64,000 bases of DNA from a virus, in IMG/VR virus record IMGVR_UViG_3300042698_000029, positions 89,127-153,126 of that record, one strand, 5' to 3'. The notes below the pieces were generated by a model. The model searched no databases, was not told the DNA's origin, and saw only the letters and a program-made list of their open reading frames with translations. The stretch's first letter is position 1. Each line of letters opens with the position of its first letter. Below, one piece after another: positions 9,591-18,366 of the stretch. The position numbers and the translations under genes were made by a program.

Positions 9591-10193
9591 TCACCCAATG
9601 GGCATACGAGAAGAGTGCATCCGGATCACGGAACCTTCTGAGCCGGGCTCAATCCCGCCAAGCCTCTGCTGCGTGCGCGCCTGCGCCTCTTTCCTCGGAG
9701 CGTTGCATCGGACGCCCGGACCCGCCTTGCACGTCGGACACCTACGCACCATGGCGAACACTTCCCATCGGTTCAGGGTCCCGTCGTCCCAAGCGGGGCG
9801 ACGGGAGTCCACCAGTGCATCCAGCTCCGTTCGGTCTCCGAGCAGAGCGGCACGCAACGCGTGTGCCACGGTGGACGCCGTTCCCTCATCCCGGAACCCC
9901 CTGATGCACCACCCCGACCCACCTCCGGAGAGGGAGTTCGCCGTGCTGGCGGACCCGTGACCTTCAGCGTGCAGGTAGCTCCTGAGTAGATCAACCGCCG
10001 GGTACAGGTCCCCGCAGCGGCTCGCCATTTCAGGGCTCTCGCCGGTACCGGGTTGCATCGTCAGGGTGTCGGCATGCACCCTCCACTCCGCGCCCTCTTT
10101 CTCGACCACGACGAACAACTCGTCCTTAGCCATGGACTGGCGGTAGACCTTATTGGACTCGTGCACATCGCGCACGTGGGGAATCTTCTTCAA
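9591..10193 (-). CDS. hypothetical protein with C-terminal zinc finger
   Basis: RCPTCKAGPGVRC...H motif. Start uncertain. Confidence 0.55.
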   Translation of the reverse strand: MKKIPHVRDVHESNKVYRQSMAKDELFVVVEKEGAEWRVHADTLTMQPGTGESPEMASRCGDLYPAVDLLRSYLHAEGHGSASTANSLSGGGSGWCIRGFRDEGTASTVAHALRAALLGDRTELDALVDSRRPAWDDGTLNRWEVFAMVRRCPTCKAGPGVRCNAPRKEAQARTQQRLGGIEPGSEGSVIRMHSSRMPIG

Positions 10194-10256
10194 AGTCGGC
10201 CGACCCTTATCAAGATGAGGAGAGGGGCCCCACAGAATAGCGGGGCCCCTCTGTGT

Positions 10257-10280
10257 TGTTCCGGCTCCAGCGCGGCCGGA
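10257..10280 (-). repeat. 24-bp hairpin element, copy 2
   Basis: Identical to 5157-5180 and again directly before a terminator hairpin (10221-10252). Confidence 0.8.
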
Positions 10281-10290
10281 TCGCCCGGCG

Positions 10291-10410
10291 TCAGCCGGTC
10301 TTCGTGTAGCAGGTGCAGTTGGCGCCGCAGAGGATGCAGTCGCCGACCTCGATCTCGGAGAGCTTCTTCAGGGTCTCCTTGGTGGTGCTCTTCTTCTCTT
10401 CCGTGTCCAT
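10291..10410 (-). CDS. 39-aa Cys-rich micropeptide (MDTEEKK...GDCILCGANCTCYTKTG)
   Basis: Manual translation, AGAAAGGA RBS, CxxC-xxx-CxC motif. Confidence 0.55.
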   Translation of the reverse strand: MDTEEKKSTTKETLKKLSEIEVGDCILCGANCTCYTKTG

Positions 10411-10444
10411 GACCGTGATTCCTTTCTGGATGGGTGGATGACGG

Positions 10445-10531
10445 TTACTTCTTCTTGCCGAGGTTGCCGAGGTTCACGCCTCCGCCGCCCTTGCCGTTCT
10501 TGGTCGGTATGCCCTTGCTCTCTTCGGCCAT
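10445..10531 (-). CDS. 28-aa micropeptide (MAEESKGIPTKNGKGGGGVNLGNLGKKK)
   Basis: Manual translation, GAAAGG RBS, codon usage typical of the element. Confidence 0.45.
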   Translation of the reverse strand: MAEESKGIPTKNGKGGGGVNLGNLGKKK

Positions 10532-10564
10532 CGTCTTGCCTTTCTCGTGGTGTCACCGGCCCTC

Positions 10565-12211
10565 TTAGGCCGGAGTCTGGGTGTCGCCGTACAGGACCGA
10601 CATGCGCTCGCCGCGTTCGAGCTGAGCGGCGTACACGTCCTCATCGATCGTTCCGGCGGTACGGATGTAGAAGCGCTGGACCGGCTTCGTCTGGCCTGAG
10701 CGGTACAGACGGCCCTTGGCCTGCTCGTTCTGCACGCCGTCCTGGTCCTGAGACAGCCACACCTCGATGTGGCTCTTCTCCTGAAGGCCGTCCGTGCCGG
10801 TACCGACGCCCGAGATGACGGCCACCAGCACGCGGTAGTCGGTGCCGAAGCCCTTCTTCACGGACTCCTGGAGCTCCGGCTGGGAGGACAGCGGCCAGCG
10901 TTCGGCGGACTTCCCGATCTTCCGGGCGACCAGGTCGGCGAACTTCGAGCTGTGCGTGAGGACCAACACCGGCTCTTCCGACGGCAGGTCGGACAGCAGC
11001 TCCTTCAGGGCGTAGATCTTCGGCTGGTCGATGTTCTTGTAGTCGACATCCAGCTTCGAGAGGTCCACGTCCTCGCCGGAGTCGATTCGGTCCTGGAGGG
11101 ACTCGACGGTCACCTTTTGACGCCGGGCTGCTTCCGAGAGGGACATGGTGCCCTCCGTCGCGGTGGTCTGACCCAGTGCCAGCTGCCGGAGGCGGATCTG
11201 CTTGACGATGGGGAGCGGGGTGCCCACGGGGACTTCGTCCATCCACGTGAAGCACTGCTCTTCGAAGTCGTCGTACATCTCCCGCTGCTCCAGCGTCATG
11301 CCCACCTCGATCTCGTGGGTGATGACCTCCGGCAGGTTGAGGATGTCCTTGGACAGGCGCCGGATCGCGCAGGGGATTTCCGCCCACATCGCGGCCGGGT
11401 CGACGATCTCCCCGATGACGTCACGAGTCTTGGGCTTCTTCTCGACCGGGTCCCAGCCGTATTCATCGACCTCGATGTTGAAGTGCTTGTGGGCCCACGG
11501 CCAGAACGCCGTATACACCTTGGGCCACAGCCAGTTGAGGATGAACCACAGATCCTCCTCCTGGTTCCCCGCCGGGGTGGCTGAGGCCCCTACGCGGTAC
11601 ACGCTCTTGATCAGCCGCAGGGTCTTGCCGATCAGCGCATCCTTGCGGTTGCGGGCACGGTGCACCTCATCGAAGACCACCAGGTCCCAGACGCCGGTCC
11701 GGCTCCACGGAGGAATGCGTCCGTCCTGCATCCCCTTGCGGATGTTCGCCTGCGTGGGCGCCCACTTACGCTTCTGGCCCGACTCGGTGACCTCGTAGCC
11801 CAGCTTCCCCGCCATGTGCTCGGGGCCGATCAGGAAGATCCCCGGCTCCTTCTTCGTCATCCGGCGCCAGGTCTCCGCGTCATATTTCGTCTGCGCGCTT
11901 CCGTGCGGGCCTACCAGACGCACCTTGTCGTCCGGAAGCGTCGGGAACTGGCGCAGCAGCGTCTTCTTGACCTGGAGATGAGTGACCGGCGGCCCGATCC
12001 ACAGGATCCGCAGACCACTCTTCTGGGGCTGAATCTTGCGGATGGCCTCCACGATCATCACGGTCTTGCCCAGGCCGAGGTCGTCGGCGAGCAAGACGGA
12101 CTTGGATCCCTGGTCGCTCAGTTCGGCGCGCATCCGCTGGATGGCTTCGTCCTGATAGTCGCGCGGAGCCAGCTTCTCCAGGCGTTCCACCTGGATGTTC
12201 TTCTTGGCCAT
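10565..12211 (-). CDS. SNF2/DEAH-family helicase
   Basis: PRDYQ, LLADDLGLGKT, VFDEVH, SATPAGN and EQAKGRLYRSGQ motifs. Confidence 0.92.
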   Translation of the reverse strand: MAKKNIQVERLEKLAPRDYQDEAIQRMRAELSDQGSKSVLLADDLGLGKTVMIVEAIRKIQPQKSGLRILWIGPPVTHLQVKKTLLRQFPTLPDDKVRLVGPHGSAQTKYDAETWRRMTKKEPGIFLIGPEHMAGKLGYEVTESGQKRKWAPTQANIRKGMQDGRIPPWSRTGVWDLVVFDEVHRARNRKDALIGKTLRLIKSVYRVGASATPAGNQEEDLWFILNWLWPKVYTAFWPWAHKHFNIEVDEYGWDPVEKKPKTRDVIGEIVDPAAMWAEIPCAIRRLSKDILNLPEVITHEIEVGMTLEQREMYDDFEEQCFTWMDEVPVGTPLPIVKQIRLRQLALGQTTATEGTMSLSEAARRQKVTVESLQDRIDSGEDVDLSKLDVDYKNIDQPKIYALKELLSDLPSEEPVLVLTHSSKFADLVARKIGKSAERWPLSSQPELQESVKKGFGTDYRVLVAVISGVGTGTDGLQEKSHIEVWLSQDQDGVQNEQAKGRLYRSGQTKPVQRFYIRTAGTIDEDVYAAQLERGERMSVLYGDTQTPA

Positions 12212-12215
12212 GGTG

Positions 12216-12947
12216 TTACCAGCCCTTCGAGCGGCTGGTCTTGCTGGTCCACGACAGGTACGGGTCCCCGCGAAGCGGAACACCTTCCGCGCGGGCCTTG
12301 GCGTACAAGTCGTTACGCAGGGATCCGGCGATGAGGTACGTCAGGGAGCAGGCCTCGTGGCGCACTTCGTCGTTGAAGACCGGCATCAGAGCGATGGTCT
12401 TGACGGCGTTGAAGTTCTCCTCGACGGCGTTGTACAAGTCCAGGAGTTCCAGTTCGGAGGGCCACAGCACGGGTGCCTGGCGGGGGAATCCGGCCTCCTC
12501 GTGCAGGAGGGCGATGCGCAGCTCGATCCGGCCGAGGGTTTCGGTGACCTCGTTGGCGACGTCGGGGACTTCCACGATCTGGATCCCGTTCATCCCGAAT
12601 GCCTCGTGCATCGGACCCGAGAGACTCGTGAACATGGCGAGCGCGTGGTGGTCGACGGGGGAGCCGTCATCGTCCTCGTAGGCGTAGAGACACACCATCC
12701 GCAGACCATTGTGGTCATCGGGGTACACGTAGGTGGTACCGCAGTTCTCGGGGATGCGGCTCAAGAAGCCCATGATCTTCTCGCGCGCCGGGTCCGGCAG
12801 GAGCGTGGTGTTGTCCCACGTCACCTTGCGCAAGTAGAGGCAGAGGTCTTCCCACCGGTAGTCACCGGCGCCCGGATACAGGCTGATCCTTCCCTGATTC
12901 TTGGAGGCGGTGAAGTAGTTCCATCGCAAGCCGTCGATCTCGTGCAT
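12216..12947 (-). CDS. hypothetical protein (243 aa)
   Basis: GAAGGAG RBS, in an operon with the helicase. Confidence 0.7.
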   Translation of the reverse strand: MHEIDGLRWNYFTASKNQGRISLYPGAGDYRWEDLCLYLRKVTWDNTTLLPDPAREKIMGFLSRIPENCGTTYVYPDDHNGLRMVCLYAYEDDDGSPVDHHALAMFTSLSGPMHEAFGMNGIQIVEVPDVANEVTETLGRIELRIALLHEEAGFPRQAPVLWPSELELLDLYNAVEENFNAVKTIALMPVFNDEVRHEACSLTYLIAGSLRNDLYAKARAEGVPLRGDPYLSWTSKTSRSKGW

Positions 12948-12974
12948 GTCGCTCTCCTTCCGGGGGTGTGGTGC

Positions 12975-13337
12975 TCAGAGCTGTACGGAGGTCTGACCGG
13001 GGATCTGCGGGGCGGGACGCCGGACGCGGATGTCTCCCCGTCGCGGAGAGGTCTCGATCAGCTCATCCACTTTGGCCCAGTAAGCCGACGCCTCCGCTGG
13101 GTCCATCCCTTCCCAGACCTCGTACCAGGCGCGGATCCCCGGAAGGCTTTCGATGAACCAGGAGTAGCCGGAGACGTTGTCCGGTCCGCAGGTAGTGATG
13201 TCCGGCTTGGGGAACCCGTTGGTGCTGTGGATCCAGTTGTTGACCTTGCCAGGGTCGATTCCGCCCAGGTAAACGGCGACCGCGCGGGTGCCGTACGTCT
13301 GGACGCCGTGGATTCGCAGGCCGTCAGGGGTCCTCAT
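12975..13337 (-). CDS. hypothetical protein (120 aa)
   Basis: GAGGAG RBS. Confidence 0.6.
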   Translation of the reverse strand: MRTPDGLRIHGVQTYGTRAVAVYLGGIDPGKVNNWIHSTNGFPKPDITTCGPDNVSGYSWFIESLPGIRAWYEVWEGMDPAEASAYWAKVDELIETSPRRGDIRVRRPAPQIPGQTSVQL

Positions 13338-13417
13338 GATGCGGTCTCCTCTTCTGGGGCAGGAGAGGGGCGTCCGGGTGCATGAGGACGCCCCTCGGTT
13401 TCCGGTGGTGCGGCTGG

Positions 13418-13606
13418 TCAGCTCTTCTTGTTGCCCTGGTCGTCGTTCTTGGGGGCAACGGCCGCTATGGCCGCCATCGTGCCACCCGCCAGCAGGGCGG
13501 TGCCGGGACCGGAGACGGAGGCGAGGCTGACGACAGCAGCGGCAGCCGCGCCCCCCTTGGCGACGGTCGAGGCGGATGCGTTGGTGAGCTTGTCCTTGAG
13601 GCCCAT
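13418..13606 (-). CDS. small Ala/Gly-rich hydrophobic protein
   Basis: AAGGAG RBS before MGLKDKL. Confidence 0.5.
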   Translation of the reverse strand: MGLKDKLTNASASTVAKGGAAAAAVVSLASVSGPGTALLAGGTMAAIAAVAPKNDDQGNKKS

Positions 13607-13702
13607 GGTGATCTCCTTGATGGATGGCGGTGAGGGTTTCTGTTCCTTACCATCATCCATCGCAAGGGCGTGTCAGGATAGATTAGACTGAGGTGACCTG
13701 CG

Positions 13703-14725
13703 TCACGACGCCAAGACCCCCACCGCCTGCCAGGCCCGCTCCACCGAGGTCTTCACCTGCGAGAAAGGCCCGAACCGTTCCGAGGCCGCCGAGACCGTCG
13801 CCGTGGCAAACGCCAGGAAACTGGACGTCGGACCCACGCGTCCCTGAAGAATGGTGTCCAGCCACACGCGGCCCGTCTGCTCCCAGGCATGACCGCCCAC
13901 CGACACCGAGGCCAGGTAGAAGGCGTGGTTCGGAATGCCGGAGTTGATGTGCACCCCGCCGTTGTCCTTCGACGTCTGGACGTACTTCGCCATCGTCGCG
14001 GGCTGCGGATCCCGGCCCAGCTTGCGGTCGTTGTACGCAGTGCCCGGGGCCTTCAGGGACCGCAGCGCCGTGCCCTGCACGGTGGAAGTGAAGATCCCCT
14101 CACCGATGAGCCAGCTGGCCTCTTCCGCCGTCTCATCCAGGGCATACTGCTCCGCGAGAACCCCGAAGACGTCCGCGAAGGACTCATTGAGCGCGCCGGA
14201 CTGGCCGTGGTACTGAAGGCCGACCGTGTTCTGGACGATTCCATGCCCGATCTCGTGAGCGACGACCGTGGAGTCCGAGAGGAATGTGTCGAAGTACACG
14301 TCGTCGCCGTCGCCGATGGCGAGGAGCTCCCCGTTCCAGAACGCGTTGGCGTAGGCCTGTCCGTAGTGAGCCACACAGGGAAGGTCAGTTCCGGCCCCGT
14401 TCACCCCCGACCAGCCATAGACGTCGTAGAGGAACTCCAGGATCTCGCCGGACATACGCCACAGCCGGTTGGCCTCCCCGTCCTCCACTTCGGGGTCCAG
14501 GTCGTCGCGGAGCATCGTGCCGGGGAGTGACCACCCCTCTTCGGCCGTCCACACGGATCGGTTGGCGGGCACCGTAGCGGCCGTCAGCAGCGGGTCGGGA
14601 GGGATCAGCGAGCGCATCGCCCGCACAGCCGCGTCTTTGCCGAAGTCCCGCCGGACTTTCAGAGCCCGCTCCGCCACAGGCAGGCGCTCGACCAGGTGGG
14701 GAGGGATGATGAAGCATTGGGTCAT
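13703..14725 (-). CDS. M4 family metalloprotease, protealysin type
   Basis: Short propeptide CFIIPPHL, NAFWNG, HEIGH zinc motif, GALNESFAD and DNGGVHINSG. Confidence 0.93.
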   Translation of the reverse strand: MTQCFIIPPHLVERLPVAERALKVRRDFGKDAAVRAMRSLIPPDPLLTAATVPANRSVWTAEEGWSLPGTMLRDDLDPEVEDGEANRLWRMSGEILEFLYDVYGWSGVNGAGTDLPCVAHYGQAYANAFWNGELLAIGDGDDVYFDTFLSDSTVVAHEIGHGIVQNTVGLQYHGQSGALNESFADVFGVLAEQYALDETAEEASWLIGEGIFTSTVQGTALRSLKAPGTAYNDRKLGRDPQPATMAKYVQTSKDNGGVHINSGIPNHAFYLASVSVGGHAWEQTGRVWLDTILQGRVGPTSSFLAFATATVSAASERFGPFSQVKTSVERAWQAVGVLAS

Positions 14726-14754
14726 ACCGGACAGGATCGCCGTACGCTGAGCTC

Positions 14755-15348
14755 ATGAACGGCTACGACATGATCTGCGAGGCGGTCAAAGCGTCCCGGA
14801 CAACCCGGATGCCGGAAGCAGCCACCACCCCTGCCACCCCTGCCCGACCCCTGAGTTCCTACGCCGAGGCGGGAGGTACCAAACGGTCCGACGGCAAGTC
14901 GTCGCAGGACAAGAACGGCGGCAACCGCTACGACATCTCCACGCCCGAGAAGAAGCGCAAGGCTCTCGCGGCAGCCCGTCGCAGCGACAACCCCGAAGAC
15001 CTCAAGCGCCTGCGAGGCAAGGTCGCCGAGTCCTGCCTCCTTCCCCCGCTCTATCCGCGCGAAGCGGTGTCGTCAGGCGATTTCCCGGCCTTCGGAGAAG
15101 CCGAACTCACTGCCAAGCGCCGCAACAGCCTCCCGGCCAGCGCCTTCGCCGGTCCGAACCGTACGTACCCCATCGACACTGAGGCCCGAGCTCGGGCGGC
15201 TATCGCCCGCGTCCGACAGTTCGGCAGCCCCGAGCTCCAGCGCCGGGTGATCGCGGCGGTGAAGCGCCGTTACCCCAACATGGATGTGGAGGCGAAGTCA
15301 GGCAAGCCCACCGTGTCCTCCCCTTCTCAGCGCCGGAAGAAGAAGTAA
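14755..15348 (+). CDS. basic phage-type protein with a DUF6582-like domain
   Basis: LTAKRRNSLPASAFAGPNRTYPIDT..RARAA.ARV.QFG pattern. Confidence 0.6.
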   Translation: MNGYDMICEAVKASRTTRMPEAATTPATPARPLSSYAEAGGTKRSDGKSSQDKNGGNRYDISTPEKKRKALAAARRSDNPEDLKRLRGKVAESCLLPPLYPREAVSSGDFPAFGEAELTAKRRNSLPASAFAGPNRTYPIDTEARARAAIARVRQFGSPELQRRVIAAVKRRYPNMDVEAKSGKPTVSSPSQRRKKK

Positions 15349-15414
15349 CCGGCTACGCCAGTGAGCCCCTGGAGAGGCGACCGGACCCTCCAGGGGCTCA
15401 TCGGATGTTCACCG

Positions 15415-15915
15415 TCAGAACGTGATGAAGTCCATGACGTCCTGTACTCCCTTGACGAAGTCCTTCAACTCCGGTTCTCCGGTGACCACCACGGAAGGGA
15501 CGTCCCCCGGGGGAATCGCCTGGCGGAGGGGCTCGGAGGAGTACACGATCAGCACCGGGCCCGCCTCCACGACGGCCTGCGAGTCGGGGGAGTCGTCTGT
15601 CACGATCACACCGCACACGACGTCCAGGTATCCCGCCATGCGAAGGGCATGAGCGGCCACCTCGCCGGTTGACAGGATCAGCTGGGGCTCTGAGTCGTCC
15701 AGGGCCGGAAACGCGCCGGAGAAGGTGATGTGGTGGTATCTGACACCCCCTTTGACGGGGTCGTCCCCCAGCTCGTCATCGGCAATCAGGCAGTCGACCT
15801 CGTGCCCGGCCTCGGCCAGGGCCTCCATGAGCTGGATGGTCAAGGTGTCTTCGACTTCGACCGGATCCCGGTCTAGAAGTACGGTGATCTTCATTGTTTC
15901 TCCTTCGGGACACAA
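15415..15915 (-). CDS. hypothetical protein resembling a GT-B N-terminal Rossmann half
   Basis: MKITVLL...LMEALAEAGHEVDCL pattern. Confidence 0.45.
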   Translation of the reverse strand: MCPEGETMKITVLLDRDPVEVEDTLTIQLMEALAEAGHEVDCLIADDELGDDPVKGGVRYHHITFSGAFPALDDSEPQLILSTGEVAAHALRMAGYLDVVCGVIVTDDSPDSQAVVEAGPVLIVYSSEPLRQAIPPGDVPSVVVTGEPELKDFVKGVQDVMDFITF

Positions 15916-15997
15916 CGAAGCCCGGACCAGGGAGAAGAGTTCAAGGTCCGGGCTCCGCCACGGTGCTGCGCGATCCTATCGGATTGAGGGGGCTGCG

Positions 15998-17011
15998 TCA
16001 GTTCAGGACGAGCAGCTTCGTGCCGGGCAGCAGGACCCGGTTGACGGAGGTGCTCTTCACGAAGATCTCGTACTTGTCGTTGTGATCGGGCTTGACCTTC
16101 ACGTTGTCCCGGCCGAGGCCGAGCATGTCGCGCACCTGGTCACCGGCGTAGATCTGGCTCGTGGACTTCTCCAGGATCATGATCTCCTTGTTCCCCTGGA
16201 TCTCCTCGCGCTTGGTGAGCTGGTAGAACGCCTTGCCCAGCCGGTACTTGATGCCGCACTGGTCCTCGACCCACGCCTTGATGGCGGTACGGGCGGTGAC
16301 CGGAACCAGCATGTAGTCGACCGGCTTCAGAGGCGTGAGAGCCGCCTGCTGGATGGCTTCTGCGTTGACCGCGTCCGCACCGGTGGAGAAGACGGCCCGC
16401 GACCCCCGGATGCCCGACGCGCGTCCGGTCATGAATGCGCTGGTCGCCGTACGGACCGCCGAGAAGCCGTCCTCCAGGCCCTTGCGGGAGGTGGCGTCCC
16501 AGATGGCGATGTTGTTCACCGGGAAGCCGTAGTTGACGGCGTACTGCTCGCCGCGCCGGTCCGGTACCAGGGTCGCCACCGTCCAGTGGTCGGGCATCTT
16601 CTCGAACCAGTTGGTGAGGTCGTACTTGCTGCGCTTGGACCGGTTCTCCTGGCCGTCGGTGATCACGAAGGACAGAAAGGCATGGTCTCCGTGCAGCTGC
16701 GCCGTCTGCGCCAGTTCCTCCTGGGACTGGAGAGTGGCATCGATCAGAGCCGTCCATCCCTGGGTCTTGTAGTGATCCTTCAGCGACGGCAGGCGCAGGA
16801 CGTCCTTGTCGTAGAAGAGGCACCGGACCTCGGTGTCGAAGGTGTAGACGGTGATGCGGGTCTCCTGATCGAGGCGCTTGGACTCCTCGGCGAGGTAGCG
16901 GATCTGGTCGTCCACGACACGAATCACGTCGCGGTGCAGGCTGTACATCGAGTCCGACGCGTCAATCACGAGTGCCACGTGATTGATCAGGTTCTGGACG
17001 GGCTTGGACAT
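15998..17011 (-). CDS. vWA domain protein
   Basis: VALVIDASDSM MIDAS, TALIDA and VITDGQEN motifs. Confidence 0.88.
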   Translation of the reverse strand: MSKPVQNLINHVALVIDASDSMYSLHRDVIRVVDDQIRYLAEESKRLDQETRITVYTFDTEVRCLFYDKDVLRLPSLKDHYKTQGWTALIDATLQSQEELAQTAQLHGDHAFLSFVITDGQENRSKRSKYDLTNWFEKMPDHWTVATLVPDRRGEQYAVNYGFPVNNIAIWDATSRKGLEDGFSAVRTATSAFMTGRASGIRGSRAVFSTGADAVNAEAIQQAALTPLKPVDYMLVPVTARTAIKAWVEDQCGIKYRLGKAFYQLTKREEIQGNKEIMILEKSTSQIYAGDQVRDMLGLGRDNVKVKPDHNDKYEIFVKSTSVNRVLLPGTKLLVLN

Positions 17012-17174
17012 GGTCTTCCCCTTCACTACGGAGGCTTTGAGACAGCCTTATCATCTCAGCCCCCACTGACAATTGCGCTGACCTGCTGTTGTACCCGGCG
17101 GCCGGGCAGACCGTGCAGTGCCACCCCGAGGGGGTGTCGGCGACCTGGGCCCCGCAGTTCGGACAGTTCATCAC
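16962..17174 (-). CDS. small zinc-ribbon protein
   Basis: CPNCG...WHCTVC motif. Confidence 0.45.
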   Translation of the reverse strand: MMNCPNCGAQVADTPSGWHCTVCPAAGYNSRSAQLSVGAEMIRLSQSLRSEGEDHVQARPEPDQSRGTRD

Positions 17175-17178
17175 GCAC

Positions 17179-17358
17179 CTACTTCCGTGGCCTGGGACTG
17201 GACGAGGTCTTCTTGGTCTTCTTCTTGTGGTCGATGTCGAGCTCGATGCCGGTGCCGGTGCTCTCCGAGACGCAGGAGGACACCCCCACTGCGATGAAAA
17301 CGATCAGGACGATGGCGATGATGGCCAGGTAGAGGGTCTTGGTCTTTCGAGAAGCCAT
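17179..17358 (-). CDS. 59-aa membrane protein or lipoprotein
   Basis: Manual translation MASRKTKTLYLAIIAIVLIVFIAVGVSSC..., AAGGAG RBS. Confidence 0.55.
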   Translation of the reverse strand: MASRKTKTLYLAIIAIVLIVFIAVGVSSCVSESTGTGIELDIDHKKKTKKTSSSPRPRK

Positions 17359-17368
17359 GGTGCTCTCC

Positions 17369-17467
17369 TTAGATGTTGCGGCCGACGACGGCGCAGAGAA
17401 AGAGGAACGAACCAGCCACGAACGTGGCGCCCAGAACGAGGACCAGGGAGTTGCGTAAAGCCTTCAC
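17369..17467 (-). CDS. 32-aa single-TM microprotein
   Basis: Manual translation MKALRNSLVLVLGATFVAGSFLFLCAVVGRNI, AAGGA RBS, contains a TTA codon. Confidence 0.45.
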   Translation of the reverse strand: MKALRNSLVLVLGATFVAGSFLFLCAVVGRNI

Positions 17468-17479
17468 GGTGGAGTCCTT

Positions 17480-17563
17480 TCAGAGGAACAGAACGGGCAG
17501 GTACAGCGTCCCGGCGAGCAGCAGGGCCAGAGCGAGGAGCTGTACTTTCTCTCGGAGATTCAC
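17480..17563 (-). CDS. 27-aa single-TM microprotein
   Basis: Manual translation MNLREKVQLLALALLLAGTLYLPVLFL, starting 2 nt after the M23 stop. Confidence 0.45.
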   Translation of the reverse strand: MNLREKVQLLALALLLAGTLYLPVLFL

Positions 17564-17565
17564 GG

Positions 17566-18129
17566 TTACCCCTTGGAGTTGAGCCAGGTGGTCGGGTTGA
17601 TGTCATCCCGGTAGTTCGGTCCCGTGCGGACCTCGAAGTGCAGGTGCGGGCCGGTGGACTTCATGCCGGTTCCCCCGGAGAAAGCGACCCGGTCCCCCAC
17701 GTTCACGGTGTCGCCGACCTTGACCAGCGTCTTGGACAGGTGGGCGTACTGGGTGTACAGCTTGTCGCCGTGCTTGATGACCAGGGCGATGCCGTACGCC
17801 GAGCCGTCCACGTTCCACCCGGCCTTTACGACCTTGCCGGACGCAGCCGCGCGGACCGGGGTGCCTGACCGTGCCGGGTAGTCGACGCCCGTGTGGTAGC
17901 CGGTGGCCCACTGGGATCCCGCGTACTTGTACGGGGTGTTGACCTCCAGGTCCACTGGCGCCATCCGGTCCCCTTTGAACTTGGGGGCCTTCGGCAGCGA
18001 GGTCTGATGTCGGTCGACCTGCTGTGCTCCGGCCGCGTACGCCTCGGGGTACAGGGCGTCTTCCACGGCGAACCAGGCGCCGACGCAGAGGAACGCACCT
18101 ACGCCGACGCCGATCATCTTGAGTCCCAT
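17566..18129 (-). CDS. secreted M23 family peptidase
   Basis: Signal/TM segment, HTGVD, YAHL and STGPHLHFEV motifs. Confidence 0.93.
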   Translation of the reverse strand: MGLKMIGVGVGAFLCVGAWFAVEDALYPEAYAAGAQQVDRHQTSLPKAPKFKGDRMAPVDLEVNTPYKYAGSQWATGYHTGVDYPARSGTPVRAAASGKVVKAGWNVDGSAYGIALVIKHGDKLYTQYAHLSKTLVKVGDTVNVGDRVAFSGGTGMKSTGPHLHFEVRTGPNYRDDINPTTWLNSKG

Positions 18130-18135
18130 GACTGA

Positions 18136-18357
18136 TCACGCCTTTCCGGGGCAGTGGTGAAGCGCGATGCGCAGGTGTACGTCCTGGAGATTGATCTCGT
18201 AGTCCGCCCGCATGAAGGAGAACTCCGCGTCTTCCGCAGAGAGGACCTTGTTGGAGGGGACCTCTTCTCCGCAGGGGAGGTGCTTGATGAAAAGCTCGCC
18301 GTTGTAGTTCCCCGCCTCGATGAGGTATTCGGAGAGGACGATGTGAGGGTCCGACAT
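18136..18357 (-). CDS. hypothetical protein (73 aa)
   Basis: GAGGAG RBS, in operon. Confidence 0.6.
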   Translation of the reverse strand: MSDPHIVLSEYLIEAGNYNGELFIKHLPCGEEVPSNKVLSAEDAEFSFMRADYEINLQDVHLRIALHHCPGKA

Positions 18358-18366
18358 GATTACTCC

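Noticed and set aside
15998-17011. vWA protein as the Ro60/TROVE partner of the permuted RNA
   Set aside because: The vWA domain is N-terminal, there is no preceding TROVE helical domain, and it lies 17 kb away.
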